From the IMG/VR virus record IMGVR_UViG_2531839665_000018: a stretch of DNA of 40,326 nucleotides; one strand, given 5' to 3'. Below the pieces are notes generated by a model. It was not told the DNA's origin. It ran no database searches and was given only the letters and a program-made list of their open reading frames with translations. Source of the DNA: a virus (lineage: Duplodnaviria > Heunggongvirae > Uroviricota > Caudoviricetes). The position numbers and the translations under genes are program-made. Below, one piece after another: positions 26,329 through 36,788 of the stretch; positions within the stretch are counted from its first letter, which is position 1, and every line of letters begins with the position of its first letter.

Positions 26329-26856
26329 TTATTCAGGCTTTTGTGGCCATTCAGGATTTGCCGTATCCACACGGCTGACCAGAACACTGTAGCGTTCCCA
26401 TGCTTCCAGTCGTGTGCGTTCCTCATCCGTTGCCATATTCAGCCTGACAGCGCGTTCCAGTGGCTGAATAACGCTTTCTGCTTCGGAAAGTAACGCGGCC
26501 TTTTGTGATTCGGCCTGTTGTTGCTGTTCATCTGCCGTATAAATCCGTTTAACCACAGCTCCGTCCTTAAACATCCACTTACCGGAATCATCGGCCCGAC
26601 GATTGGCTGTTATATCGGGGACTTCAACAACGCTAAAGCCTTCAGGATTAAGTGTGGAGGCATCTTTAGTGATGGCTACAATAATATTATTTTCATCGTA
26701 AACAATCTTTATTGTGTCTGGCTGAAAATTCTTTACCTCTTCATACCAGTTCTTCCCGTCTTCAGAGTAAAGCCAGATAACTCCGTGCTTCTTTGTTAAC
26801 TCATACTGTTCCGGTGTTTTAGCATTACCAATTTTTATGTTCTTTAAGTGGATCAT
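26329..26856 (-). CDS. Alternative tail fiber assembly protein (G'), inside the invertible segment
   Basis: 175 aa, conserved N-terminus and divergent C-terminus relative to G; opposite strand. Confidence 0.8.
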   Translation of the reverse strand: MIHLKNIKIGNAKTPEQYELTKKHGVIWLYSEDGKNWYEEVKNFQPDTIKIVYDENNIIVAITKDASTLNPEGFSVVEVPDITANRRADDSGKWMFKDGAVVKRIYTADEQQQQAESQKAALLSEAESVIQPLERAVRLNMATDEERTRLEAWERYSVLVSRVDTANPEWPQKPE

Positions 26857-26857
26857 A

Positions 26858-28096
26858 TTAAACGCTCGCTACATTATACCATGTGCCATTTATATACTTT
26901 TGAACGGGTCTGTAATAAACACCAGCTATATTATCGGCAGAATTGGACCCTGTATCCTGAACATTTATACCAGACAATACATGACCTGAAGGGCACTGGA
27001 AGTTCCATGTTTGCCAGTTGTTCACACCATAATATTGCTGTGAGCCAAGCCGAACATCTTTCACATATCGGGAATCAATGTTATCCCAGTTGCTTGGTTG
27101 TATCTGACCGTTTACAGCAAATATCACCGAGTTATCTGTATTTCGCTGACTATAGAAATGCCAGCCTGAATCATCACCAAGCTCTGCAACAGTTGGTCTT
27201 GACGAATTTCCCCACAAGTTAAATGATGCATTACGGGCAGCGGTATTTGCACTTGAAAGTGTGAAGAACTTACTTTCCCCAGCCTGAATACCCTTTAATG
27301 ATCTTGCTGAACCATTTATAAAGCGGAATACATGCACACCATTAGCATAAGCATCCAGCACCCCATCACCATTTTGTTTAAACCCGGTATCGTTATCTCC
27401 TAAAACTATTGAATTTCCACCCAGGGCATTAGCCGTTCCAATCCCCAGATTTCCGCTAAAAATGGCATTAATACCGAATATTGAGTGAGAACAATAAAAC
27501 CCTCGCCCATTGTTAAAATCCAGAATGGCTTGTGCGTTCGTGCTTTCTGTCGCGGGATTAGTTGCTCCCCACTTATATGTTGTTTGACCGACGGTATAAT
27601 CCTGAGTTGGAACAATAACCGTTAGCCCTTCTTCAGCAGAAACCCGCACAGGAAAAGCCCTGCCTTCAACGTAAAAAACGCTGCATACATCATCTTCTTT
27701 AAGGCTTGTTACAATGGAATGGATTGCGCGCTCATTAGTCTGATATGTCGAAAAATAACCTGCCGCATATGAACCACGATCAGTCCAGCCACCAGGCATT
27801 ACCATTCCATTGAATTCGCAGTTATTCATTTCGTAATTACCATCGGCAGATGTGGTCGTTATAATCACTCTGGAAGCCAGCTCGCCAGTGCTGCCTGTGG
27901 AACGCCGGAAAATAACTGGATACCACTTTCCACCAACTGCATTAGACGGCGCATTAAATGCGTACTGCTGCATTCCTTTTTTCTTATCCACCTCGCCTTT
28001 GCTGTAAACATTAATGTTACTCAGGAAGCGATCCTTATCAGGAATATCTGCGCCGTTCTGGTTTTTCTGTAATGCGCCAGAAGCCTGATTTACCGT
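26858..28096 (-). CDS. Alternative tail-fiber C-terminal segment (promoterless; would fuse to the H N-terminus after inversion)
   Basis: Reading frame is open from the right crossover site through the track ORF 26858..27991; ends [11 protein letters not shown] like H. Confidence 0.7.
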   Translation of the reverse strand, partial: TVNQASGALQKNQNGADIPDKDRFLSNINVYSKGEVDKKKGMQQYAFNAPSNAVGGKWYPVIFRRSTGSTGELASRVIITTTSADGNYEMNNCEFNGMVMPGGWTDRGSYAAGYFSTYQTNERAIHSIVTSLKEDDVCSVFYVEGRAFPVRVSAEEGLTVIVPTQDYTVGQTTYKWGATNPATESTNAQAILDFNNGRGFYCSHSIFGINAIFSGNLGIGTANALGGNSIVLGDNDTGFKQNGDGVLDAYANGVHVFRFINGSARSLKGIQAGESKFFTLSSANTAARNASFNLWGNSSRPTVAELGDDSGWHFYSQRNTDNSVIFAVNGQIQPSNWDNIDSRYVKDVRLGSQQYYGVNNWQTWNFQCPSGHVLSGINVQDTGSNSADNIAGVYYRPVQKYINGTWYNVASV

Positions 28097-28122
28097 TTCC
28101 TGTAAACCGAGGTTTTAGATAA
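28097..28122. other. Right crossover site of the invertible segment (gix/cix-like)
   Basis: Reverse complement reads TTATCTAAAACCTCGGTTTACAGGAA; lies just upstream of the invertase gene. Confidence 0.6.
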
Positions 28123-28158
28123 TGGCCGTTTCCGGCCTGCATGGCATGATTTGCGCTT

Positions 28159-28776
28159 TTGGACGGGAGATTCAGTGTGCTGATTGGTTATGTAAGGGTA
28201 TCAACAAATGACCAGAATACAGACCTGCAACGAAACGCTCTTGTTTGTGCAGGATGTGAACAAATATTTGAAGATAAATTAAGCGGGACAAAGACAGACC
28301 GACCGGGATTAAAACGCGCTTTAAAGCGGCTTCAAAAAGGTGACACGCTGGTTGTCTGGAAACTGGATCGCCTCGGGCGAAGCATGAAACATCTGATTTC
28401 TCTCGTCGGGGAACTACGGGAGCGAGGGATTAATTTTCGCAGTCTGACCGACAGCATAGATACATCTTCTCCAATGGGGCGTTTTTTCTTCCACGTTATG
28501 GGTGCCCTGGCTGAAATGGAACGTGAATTAATTGTTGAACGTACACTGGCCGGACTGGCGGCAGCGCGCGCACGGGGGCGCACAGGCGGACGTCGCCCGA
28601 AGCTGACAAAAGAACAGCATGAGCAAATAGCTAGGCTGATCAAAAACGGTCATGACAGGAAACAACTGGCGATCATTTACGACATCGGCATATCGACAAT
28701 TTATCGTTATCACCCTGTAGGCGATATACAGGCTGAAGAAACAACCAGGCAGACTCAGGAAAATGAAAACCGCTAA
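28159..28776 (+). CDS. Serine DNA invertase (Hin/Gin/Cin/Pin family)
   Basis: Resolvase N-terminal catalytic region GYVRVSTNDQ...DTLVVWKLDRLGRSMKHL and C-terminal HTH; adjacent to the invertible segment. The track start is a TTG; a nearby GTG (VLIGYVRVST) is the more likely start. Confidence 0.9.
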   Translation: MDGRFSVLIGYVRVSTNDQNTDLQRNALVCAGCEQIFEDKLSGTKTDRPGLKRALKRLQKGDTLVVWKLDRLGRSMKHLISLVGELRERGINFRSLTDSIDTSSPMGRFFFHVMGALAEMERELIVERTLAGLAAARARGRTGGRRPKLTKEQHEQIARLIKNGHDRKQLAIIYDIGISTIYRYHPVGDIQAEETTRQTQENENR

Positions 28777-28801
28777 TCTGACCATTAGCGGTTTTGCGTT
28801 A
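28770..28801. terminator. Candidate bidirectional terminator between invertase and U
   Basis: CCGCTAAT-N6-ATTAGCGG stem with T-runs on both strands; coordinates +/-2 bp. Confidence 0.4.
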
Positions 28802-28802
28802 A

Positions 28803-29297
28803 TCAAAACAGCCCTTTAACGGAGCTGGCCGCGCTGTTAAGGGATGATGTGACCTTATCTTTGAAGCCGGACAGCATATCACTGAACGATGAGGATTGCA
28901 GGCGCTCCCGCAAATCCTCATCACAGCGTTCAAGGGTCAGTGAAAATTCTATCTTTTTCGCCTTACCGTAGCGATCAAACTCGGAACGGGTCGTATTCGT
29001 TCCGGTCAGGACATACATGCCGTAAATCTGCCCGACGCCATCAATCAAAGGCCAGGGTCGTCCTGTATACGCCTGCGTGGTCAGCAGCGACAGCGACACT
29101 TCGCCACCTGTAATTTCAGGATAAAGCACACCAGAAAGAACGATGCGATCATCACCTGCACCGATATACTGCCAGCTTGCTGAACGGTTAACGCGTTCAT
29201 TTTTCACATGCCGCCAGCTTTTGTTTTGCTGTAACTGCTGATGCGGCAGCGTGCGCAGCTCAAAAACAAACATGCCGTAGATCATCATCATGGCCAT
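28803..29297 (-). CDS. U: Tail protein (P2 gpU family)
   Basis: 164 aa; adjacent to the tape-measure gene on the same strand. Confidence 0.8.
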   Translation of the reverse strand: MAMMMIYGMFVFELRTLPHQQLQQNKSWRHVKNERVNRSASWQYIGAGDDRIVLSGVLYPEITGGEVSLSLLTTQAYTGRPWPLIDGVGQIYGMYVLTGTNTTRSEFDRYGKAKKIEFSLTLERCDEDLRERLQSSSFSDMLSGFKDKVTSSLNSAASSVKGLF

Positions 29298-29303
29298 GAC
29301 TCC

Positions 29304-32120
29304 TCAATCTTTATCGTAAAAACTGCCACGCCCAGCACGGGCGCGCCGTTCCATTTCTGCCCTGACCATTTCACCGACCAGTTTCGCCAGTTCGCGGGGA
29401 TTCTGCGTAACAACGTTATGCAGATGAACATGAATTTCACCGCCAAATCCGGAGGCAACAGTCTCCCGGTTACGGGAAGTTGCAGGAACTGATGCCACTG
29501 GCGATCGTATGGCCTCTGCCACCGGGCGGGAGCTGGCCGCAACAACAGGGACCAGCGCCGGAGGCAGCGGAGCCGGAACCACAGGTGTGATATTAATTGC
29601 GGGGGCAGGCTTACTGACCTGCGCAATCTTCCGCTCCTGCCACTCCCCACGAACAGCAAGTGCGCGGGGCAGGTTCTTAAAGACAATATCGCCGGGGCCA
29701 ATGCGTTTTTTCGTCTCATCAACCAGCTTACCTGTGTTATCAGCAATTTTGCTGAGTCTGCGTAGCGTCCCGGTATTGCTGTCTGTGAGCGGTTTGTTGT
29801 CTTTGGGTTTATCACCTCCGGTGCCATTGCCATTTTCCACAGGCTTCGGCGGATTGATTTTCGCCAGGTCCCCCTGAAGCAAGGCAACCTTGTCCTGAAG
29901 AATGGCCGCACGCTGTGCGTCTTCGATTTTCTTGCGCGCCCTTTCCGCTTCATCCGGAAGCACACCGAGCTTTTCAAGTATCCACGCCAGCGTATCCAGC
30001 AACATTTTTGCAGGTGTCAGAACAAGTTGTAACGCACCACCAAGAACGTTACCGAATATCTCGCCAGCACTGGTACATTTATCCAGCGTTTCCTTGCTGG
30101 ACTCCATCGGTGACAGCAGCGATTTAAACCAGTTAAACACCTGGCTTATCCCGCTTCCGATTGCGTCAAAAACAGGACCAAACCGTTCAAAGGTTTCGCG
30201 CAACGGGGCCAGCCGCTCCATAATCCCACTGAACACCCCGGCAAAAAATGCCCTGATTGGGTCCCAGTATTTCCAGATAAGAATGGCAGCTCCGGCAAGC
30301 GCAGCCACGATAAGACCAACCGGACTGAACAGCGCCCCGATAGCGCCCCCCAGTAACGAAACGGAACCCGTCACCATTCCCCATAGTGCTGGCAGAACCC
30401 TGACAGCATTCATTGATCCGGTCAGGAGGGAAAAACCAAGACGCAGTTTTGCCAGCGGGCCAGCAAGCACACCAATAGCCAGCGGCAACGAGCCAACCGT
30501 TGCAGTCATTGCCAGCAGTGCACCGCCTGCAATCAGTAGCTGGCGCGTCAGTGCGGGATGGGCCTGCGCCAGCGCCGTCACCTTTGATACCACACGCGTG
30601 AGCCACTGCGTGACAGAACGCAGCGGACCGTCAATCAGATCTGCAATGCGGATGCGCAACCCTTCCCATGCACTGCTGAGTGATTTCAGATCGCCGTCAA
30701 GGTTGTTGGCCATAACCTTTGCCGTGCGTTCAGCCTCACCGCGCGCGCCTTCAAGTTCTTTTCTCAGTTTGGGTAAGGAGCCGTCACCTGCCGCATCAAC
30801 GAGGGCCATAAATGATGTGAAAGCCTCTTCTCCGGCAATGTCCTTAAAGAACGATACCCGGTCAACTTCCCCGTATTTGCGGGTAGCTTTATAAAGGTCA
30901 GCCAGCACATCCTCCATCGGGCGCATTTTGCCCCCGGCATCCGAGACAGACACGCCAAGCTCTTTCAGCGCCTCTGCTGCCGCCTTTGGCGGTGATGCCA
31001 GACGAGCCAGGCTGGCACGCATTGCCGTACCAGCATCACTCCCCGTGATACCCATATTCGCCAGCACGCCCGCCATCGCTGCGGCCTGCTCCAGCGATAT
31101 TCCCAGCTTACCCGCCACCGGACCTGCATATTTCATGGTTTCACCCAGTGCGCGAAGGTCAGTGTTGGTACGGGTAAACGCTGCGGTGAGTGTGTCGCCG
31201 ACCCGGTCCATCTGGTCAGCAGAAAGACCGAACTGCGTCAGAATATTTGAGCCAATATCCGCCGTCTCACCGAGGTCCATACCGCCAGCCGTTGCCATGC
31301 TCAGTACGCCAGGGAGCGCAGCCTGAATGGCCTGTGGTGTGAAGCCAGCCATTGCAAGAAATGCCTGCCCACTGGCGGCATCGCCTGCGGTGAACTGCGT
31401 TTCAGAGCCAAGTTTTAACGCCTGCTCACGCAGCGCCTTAAACTGCGGGCTGTTTTTGTCGATTCGCGTCAGTGCCTGAACGCGGGACATCTCTTTCCCG
31501 AACCCGATCGCAGGCTGCAAAAAACGCCCGGCAGCATAGCCGCCCGCCGCTGCCGCACCAATTGCCAGCGCACCACCTGTTTTCAGTTTTCCCGCTGTTT
31601 CCTGCGCGCGCGAATACCGCTCACGCGCCTGCGTTACACGCGCAAGCGCCTGCCGTTCGCGTTCAAGCTGGTTGTTGTACTGTTCGGTGCGTCTGATGGC
31701 CTGCTGGATGGTGTTATCGCTGCCTGTCAGGGAAATGCCGTGGCGTTTCAGCTCTCCGCCAATCTCCCGCATTTTCTGAATTTCCCGTGTGCGCGATTCA
31801 TTCAGGCGTTCAAGCCGGGTGCTTAACTGCTGCATCAGCTTTTGTTGTTTTTCGCTGAGCACTGTACCCGTGCGTTGTAACTGATTAAGGGCGTTAAGCT
31901 GGCGTCGTGCTTTCACGATACCCGCATCCGCTTTACTGACAGCGTCGCGGGCGCGCTCAAATGAACGCGCCTGACGCTCGAGATTTTTGATCGCCCCCTG
32001 CGTTCGCTGGATGGAGTCACCAAACTGCCCCATCAGGCGGCGGGCGTTTTCGGCAGGCCGGGTCAGCCTGTCAACGGCGCTGAAAGCGACCCGGATATCA
32101 AGAGTCTTCATTGTCTGCAT
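29304..32120 (-). CDS. T: Tail tape measure protein (P2 gpT family)
   Basis: About 940 aa, coiled-coil N-terminal half then Gly/Ala-rich hydrophobic segments; start taken at an internal Met (track start 32147). Confidence 0.85.
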   Translation of the reverse strand: MQTMKTLDIRVAFSAVDRLTRPAENARRLMGQFGDSIQRTQGAIKNLERQARSFERARDAVSKADAGIVKARRQLNALNQLQRTGTVLSEKQQKLMQQLSTRLERLNESRTREIQKMREIGGELKRHGISLTGSDNTIQQAIRRTEQYNNQLERERQALARVTQARERYSRAQETAGKLKTGGALAIGAAAAGGYAAGRFLQPAIGFGKEMSRVQALTRIDKNSPQFKALREQALKLGSETQFTAGDAASGQAFLAMAGFTPQAIQAALPGVLSMATAGGMDLGETADIGSNILTQFGLSADQMDRVGDTLTAAFTRTNTDLRALGETMKYAGPVAGKLGISLEQAAAMAGVLANMGITGSDAGTAMRASLARLASPPKAAAEALKELGVSVSDAGGKMRPMEDVLADLYKATRKYGEVDRVSFFKDIAGEEAFTSFMALVDAAGDGSLPKLRKELEGARGEAERTAKVMANNLDGDLKSLSSAWEGLRIRIADLIDGPLRSVTQWLTRVVSKVTALAQAHPALTRQLLIAGGALLAMTATVGSLPLAIGVLAGPLAKLRLGFSLLTGSMNAVRVLPALWGMVTGSVSLLGGAIGALFSPVGLIVAALAGAAILIWKYWDPIRAFFAGVFSGIMERLAPLRETFERFGPVFDAIGSGISQVFNWFKSLLSPMESSKETLDKCTSAGEIFGNVLGGALQLVLTPAKMLLDTLAWILEKLGVLPDEAERARKKIEDAQRAAILQDKVALLQGDLAKINPPKPVENGNGTGGDKPKDNKPLTDSNTGTLRRLSKIADNTGKLVDETKKRIGPGDIVFKNLPRALAVRGEWQERKIAQVSKPAPAINITPVVPAPLPPALVPVVAASSRPVAEAIRSPVASVPATSRNRETVASGFGGEIHVHLHNVVTQNPRELAKLVGEMVRAEMERRARAGRGSFYDKD

Positions 32121-32627
32121 TCCCGCTGCGAAGTGCCGCCCGCTCACGCCAGCTAACCACTTCGCCGGGCGTCATCATGAAGATTTCGGCGGGCGACCAG
32201 TTAAAAATAACGGCAATATCTGCCACAAAGTCTTCTATGTGCTCAAAGCACACAACCGTGATCAGGCTTCCGTCGCCTGTTCGTTCTTCCCGCCAGAGTC
32301 CGCACCGCTCAAAAAATTTACGGCAACCACACATAACTGAATAAAGTCACGGGATGCCATTTTTTTGATCGTCACTTCATCCAGTCGCGGTGATGTCACG
32401 CGTGACAGCAGCGTAAACATGGATTCCGCTTTCAGATTCAGCACATCAGACAGCGACAAATCTCGCAGAGATCCAGCCTGCTCAATAGCCCCGGTGATCT
32501 CCACATACGTGATTTTTTCGCCGCCTCGCTCAATTGGTTGGGTAAGTTTTACGCCACGCTCACTGGTTTCTTTCACAGTGTCAGCAACTACCGTGTTTTC
32601 GGTATCGATGTTTTTCGTCTCTTTCAT
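32098..32627 (-). CDS. Tail assembly chaperone E+E' made by programmed -1 frameshift (slippery T_TTT_TTG at 32310-32316, minus strand)
   Basis: E frame reads AAT TTT TTG (..VNFL..); the -1 frame continues as FFERCG..., which is the track ORF 32098..32334. Frames checked codon by codon. Confidence 0.6.
32262..32627 (-). CDS. E: Tail assembly chaperone (P2 gpE family)
   Basis: ORF between the tube gene and tape measure, containing the slippery heptamer near its 3' end. Confidence 0.75.
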   Translation of the reverse strand: MKETKNIDTENTVVADTVKETSERGVKLTQPIERGGEKITYVEITGAIEQAGSLRDLSLSDVLNLKAESMFTLLSRVTSPRLDEVTIKKMASRDFIQLCVVAVNFLSGADSGGKNEQATEA

Positions 32628-32681
32628 CAGGAAACTCCTTTCAGTCAGAGGCGACGCACTGCGCCGCCTGCATATTACTTA

Positions 32682-33194
32682 TCAGCCAAGCCCAAGCGCG
32701 GAACGGATGCGATCGGGCACAATGTCCTTGCCGTCCTTCCGGTAAATGAAGTTCAGCAGGTCAATCTCCCACAGCGGGCGATCGTTAACGCTCAGCTTGT
32801 AGTAGGTGTTTTTAATGGCGTAAGAGTGTGATGTGGCTTCGCCCTGTTTGGCTTCCCCCATATCAATTTCCGTCACACGTCCGCGCATTTCGACTTCATA
32901 CAGGTCGCTTTCTGCATCGGTGTAGTATTCACCCGCAAAACGCAGCAGCGTGCCGTCAATCGTGCCGCCATACTTAAGGAACAGCTCACGAACTGCGCCC
33001 CCCATGACAAAGCTCGCATCAAGCGCGGAGTCGTCCAGACCGAGATCAATACTTACCGCACCCATCATGCCACCACCCCGGTAGCTGTCGGTTTTGCGCG
33101 TCAGCTTAGGCAGAGTGACGGACGTCACCTTACCCACTTCGTTTTCACCATCCACAAACAGCGTAAAAAAGCGAAGATGTTTTGGCACAGCCAT
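32682..33194 (-). CDS. FII: Major tail tube protein (P2 gpFII family)
   Basis: 170 aa; immediately downstream of the sheath gene on the same strand. Confidence 0.85.
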   Translation of the reverse strand: MAVPKHLRFFTLFVDGENEVGKVTSVTLPKLTRKTDSYRGGGMMGAVSIDLGLDDSALDASFVMGGAVRELFLKYGGTIDGTLLRFAGEYYTDAESDLYEVEMRGRVTEIDMGEAKQGEATSHSYAIKNTYYKLSVNDRPLWEIDLLNFIYRKDGKDIVPDRIRSALGLG

Positions 33195-34378
33195 CAGGCA
33201 CCTCCCAGCACCGCAAATGCGGGTTCAAAGTATTCATCAGTAAACGTCTGGTAAAGCTCCATATCTTCCAGCGGGGGAACAGGCGTATATTTGTAGCGAA
33301 TACGCACACGCCCCTGACGTAAATCCGTGGTGCTGTTATCCACCACGTCATACCAGCACTCCGCGCCAATCAGTTTCCCGGCAGTAACCAGTGAATCCAG
33401 TTTTGCCCTGATGGCACTGATAACATCCTTCACGTTCGCAGGCGTCAGTGGACTGTCGATGGTTTCAAACTGCGCTTCCGCAATTGAATCAGCCAACACC
33501 TGTGCGGTTCGGGTATACACCTCAAAGATGTAGGCGTTCGTTTCCGGTGTGCGGTTGCCCCAGAAGCGGAACCCGTTGCGACGAATAATGGTCGTGATTT
33601 CTTTGTTGTTGAGGCTGTTGGCATCACTGTCTTCGGCCTGCAACGACCAGAACACATGCCTGGACATCCCCAGCACATTTTTAACCGGAACGTTGGACAG
33701 CGATTTGTGCCAGCCCTGTTCATGGTCAATGTACGCACGGAGGCCGCACGCATAGGCAGGCGCGGGGAACGTTTCGTTTTTGCCACTTTTGGGGTTGTAG
33801 GCGATGAAGTCCGGCCATAAGAGCATCACCTCACGTTCGTTGAATTTCTGGCGGTAGGTAATCGCCTCAGCCATCGTGTTACAGCCGTGACATGAGGCAT
33901 ACACAAACGCGCGCAGTTTACCTGCAATCACGCACAGGGATTTTGTTACAGCCTCCGTGTCCAGCTCCGGCGCGGCCAGAATACGCGGACGGTATCCGAT
34001 GCTTTCATCCTGCTCTGCAACAAGCAGCGCATACATCCCCGTATAGCTGCCGTCATCCTCAGAACCACCGATAACCAGTTGATCCTGCGTCTTTCCGTCT
34101 TCTTCTTTGTGTTCAGCCACGCGAACGACGATTACCTTTGTGCTCACCTGGTCTGCAATGGCCTTAAGCGCACGATAAAGCGTCCCCGTTGTCCCGCATT
34201 TTCCCAGCACGTCATTGACGCGGGTCAGCAGTGTGGGCTTGTTCAGCGGGAACAGCTTCGCGTCCGCATCATCCGCCGTTGCCACGATACCGATAACGCT
34301 GGAATCAACATCGTTAATCGCAGTTACCAGGTCGGTATTTTCCGTAACACGGGCACCATGAAAACGAGTTTCACTCAT
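33194..34378 (-). CDS. FI: Tail sheath protein (P2 gpFI family)
   Basis: 394 aa; synteny with FII-E-T-U. Confidence 0.85.
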   Translation of the reverse strand: MSETRFHGARVTENTDLVTAINDVDSSVIGIVATADDADAKLFPLNKPTLLTRVNDVLGKCGTTGTLYRALKAIADQVSTKVIVVRVAEHKEEDGKTQDQLVIGGSEDDGSYTGMYALLVAEQDESIGYRPRILAAPELDTEAVTKSLCVIAGKLRAFVYASCHGCNTMAEAITYRQKFNEREVMLLWPDFIAYNPKSGKNETFPAPAYACGLRAYIDHEQGWHKSLSNVPVKNVLGMSRHVFWSLQAEDSDANSLNNKEITTIIRRNGFRFWGNRTPETNAYIFEVYTRTAQVLADSIAEAQFETIDSPLTPANVKDVISAIRAKLDSLVTAGKLIGAECWYDVVDNSTTDLRQGRVRIRYKYTPVPPLEDMELYQTFTDEYFEPAFAVLGGA

Positions 34379-34535
34379 AGCTTCAGCCCCTTGTATCCGT
34401 TAAATGATTCGGCAACAATCATCACCCACCACGCGCGCAATCTCACCCCTGCGCCATTCTCCCGCCACGGCGACAACAAAAAGCAGTAACCCCCTCCGCA
34501 CGCACATGCGACCATGCCGCACAGGGAGGGAACAG

Positions 34536-35645
34536 ATGACCGACACCACCATGCAATTGCTCAGTCAGGGCACAGACCCCGTGAAAATGCCGGATTTTGA
34601 TATTCTCGCCGAGGGTAAAACGCTGTCCGGCGTGGCAGAACGCCTGATGAGCCTGTCACTGACCGACAACCGGGGATTTGAGGCGGACCAGCTCACCATC
34701 ACGCTGGATGATGCCGATGGCCAGTTGCAGCTACCGCCACGGGGCGCGCGTCTGACGGTTCTCATTGGCTGGAAAGGGGAACCGCTGACAGAAAAAGGCA
34801 CTTACATTGTTGATGAAATCGCTCACGAAGGACCGCCGGACAGGCTGACTGTTTCAGCCAGAAGCGCAGATTTTCGGGATGAATTTAATGTTAAACGTGA
34901 GGCGTCCTGGCATGATGTGACCGTTGAACGTGTGGTATCCGCCATCGCTCATCGGTACGGCCTGAAACCGCAAATCAGCGAAATGCTGATGGATATCGAA
35001 ATCGACCACGCCGACCAGACTGAAGAAAGCGACATGTCCTTCCTTACGCGCATGGCGGAAATGCTGGGCGCAATCACCACGGTAAAAAGCGGTAATCTGT
35101 TATTCATCATGCCCGGCGGTGGCGTGAACGCACAGGGCCAGCCGTTGCCATCGTTCGCCATCACACGCAGCAGCGGCGATCGCCATCAGTTCCGCATTGC
35201 TGACCGCGAGGCGTATACGGGGGTACGCGCTTACTGGCTTGATCTTAATTACGGGAAAAAGAAAAAAGTCAGCGTGAAACGCCGCAAACCGCCAAAACCC
35301 AAAAAGGAGAAAAGCAGCAGCCGTGAAGGTGATTATATGGAAGGCGCGGAAGGCAATGTGTTTGTGTTACGCAAGACTTATCAGAACGAGCAGGCAGCAA
35401 GACGCGCAGCGGCGGCAAAGTGGCAGCAGCTACAACGCGGAGCCGCATCATTTTCCATCACGCTGGCGCGTGGACGTGCAGAACTCTACCCCGAAATGCA
35501 TGGCACGGTAACAGGATTTAAAAGCGAGATTGATAATCAGGACTGGATTATTGCGAAAGCCGAGCACACCATTGATAACAGCGGCTTTACCACACAGCTT
35601 GAGCTTGAGGCAAAAATCCCGGAATGGATAGCAGAAACAGAGTGA
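34536..35645 (+). CDS. D: Tail protein D (P2 gpD family)
   Basis: Start at the internal Met with strong RBS GGAGG (track ORF starts at 34404); 369 aa. Confidence 0.8.
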   Translation: MTDTTMQLLSQGTDPVKMPDFDILAEGKTLSGVAERLMSLSLTDNRGFEADQLTITLDDADGQLQLPPRGARLTVLIGWKGEPLTEKGTYIVDEIAHEGPPDRLTVSARSADFRDEFNVKREASWHDVTVERVVSAIAHRYGLKPQISEMLMDIEIDHADQTEESDMSFLTRMAEMLGAITTVKSGNLLFIMPGGGVNAQGQPLPSFAITRSSGDRHQFRIADREAYTGVRAYWLDLNYGKKKKVSVKRRKPPKPKKEKSSSREGDYMEGAEGNVFVLRKTYQNEQAARRAAAAKWQQLQRGAASFSITLARGRAELYPEMHGTVTGFKSEIDNQDWIIAKAEHTIDNSGFTTQLELEAKIPEWIAETE

Positions 35646-35765
35646 GCAACTTAGACATATTAGCTCAAACTTAAACTGGCAAGTTTACAGTATAGAATTA
35701 AACATAAACGACGGTCCGCTCCGTGTCAGAAGCGGACTTTGTCATCCCTATGTAAGGTTGATTGC

Positions 35766-36788
35766 TTAATACGCATTTAATTTAAATTTGTATTTGCCTT
35801 CTATGTAATGGATAAATTCAATTATGCTTTTTTCTATCGCATCTAATATATGAATATATCCATCCCGATTTAAGGTCCTATCCAATTCAAAGTGATGAAC
35901 TATCCCATGTCTATATTGTATGATTTCAGAAATTCGATTCTCAAGAAAATCAACTGATTTTCCAATTCTTTTTTTCTTATAAAGAATCGCTCTCACATCT
36001 ATATCCAGCCACTCTTTATATGCTTTGTTTAGGTGGGTTAAGTTTTGAAAAGTGTAATTTCTTGCAATAACACTTTCTATTGAAATATTTCCTTTCTCTA
36101 TCTCAAGCAGAATATCAAAATCAACTTTTTGCTTATACGATGTTCTTTTTGCTATTGCGAAAGGATCGTACTTTATAAGTATTTGAAAAGCTCTAGAGAA
36201 AAAGTATTCAAACATAGCAACCGCAAAAGGTACTAATCCATTATATATAACTCTACTGGGATCCATACATTGCATGTAATCAAAGTATTCGGATAAGCCG
36301 CCATCTTCCGGTAGGTTTAATTTAATAGAAGGTTCAGGTAAGGCATGTTTAACAGCGGAAATCTCATGATGGACATGATTAAATATTGAAGAAATGCCAC
36401 GACTGATCGGACTACTAGAATCCTTCCATAGAGGAGCGTACCTATTTTTCCCATAATCACCTATAAGTGTTCCACCAAAAAGACTCCTTGCGCCTTTTAG
36501 AACATCATTAAGCATTTTTACATCATGCCAACTAGCGCTATATAAATTACGCACATGCAATGCCCATTTATTACCAGATATGTGTAATTCGTCATTTGAA
36601 ACAGGATATATATCAGCCGAAACTCCATCTGTAGATTTGAAGTCCGTATCATCAAACCAAGAGTAATTCAACGTTCCTTGGGGCCATTCCCACAAATGTT
36701 TACACCTTTTAAAACCTAAATTTTCAAGGTAATTTTTAAGTTCGTTTCTAGTTGCTTTTTTAGGGTACAGCGTTATATCTCTTCCCAT
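35766..36788 (-). CDS. Hypothetical 340-aa protein in an AT-rich insert; C-terminal Rx4H HEPN-like motif
   Basis: Strongly AT-rich compared with flanking D and ogr; opposite strand; motif RHGIVHH near the C-terminus; no other recognisable domain. Confidence 0.55.
   Translation of the reverse strand: MGRDITLYPKKATRNELKNYLENLGFKRCKHLWEWPQGTLNYSWFDDTDFKSTDGVSADIYPVSNDELHISGNKWALHVRNLYSASWHDVKMLNDVLKGARSLFGGTLIGDYGKNRYAPLWKDSSSPISRGISSIFNHVHHEISAVKHALPEPSIKLNLPEDGGLSEYFDYMQCMDPSRVIYNGLVPFAVAMFEYFFSRAFQILIKYDPFAIAKRTSYKQKVDFDILLEIEKGNISIESVIARNYTFQNLTHLNKAYKEWLDIDVRAILYKKKRIGKSVDFLENRISEIIQYRHGIVHHFELDRTLNRDGYIHILDAIEKSIIEFIHYIEGKYKFKLNAY

Noticed and set aside
29288-30894. ORFs 29288..29977 (minus), 29902..30894 (plus) and 30187..30606 (minus) within the tape-measure gene
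   Set aside because: Alternative-frame and antisense ORFs typical of GC-rich tape-measure genes; products are Ala/Ser/Pro/Arg-rich.
34379-34535. gix-like recombination site at the right breakpoint of the inverted tail block
   Set aside because: No 26-bp match to the crossover consensus; only a 9-bp inverted match (TCCGTTAAA) with the left breakpoint, which could be chance.
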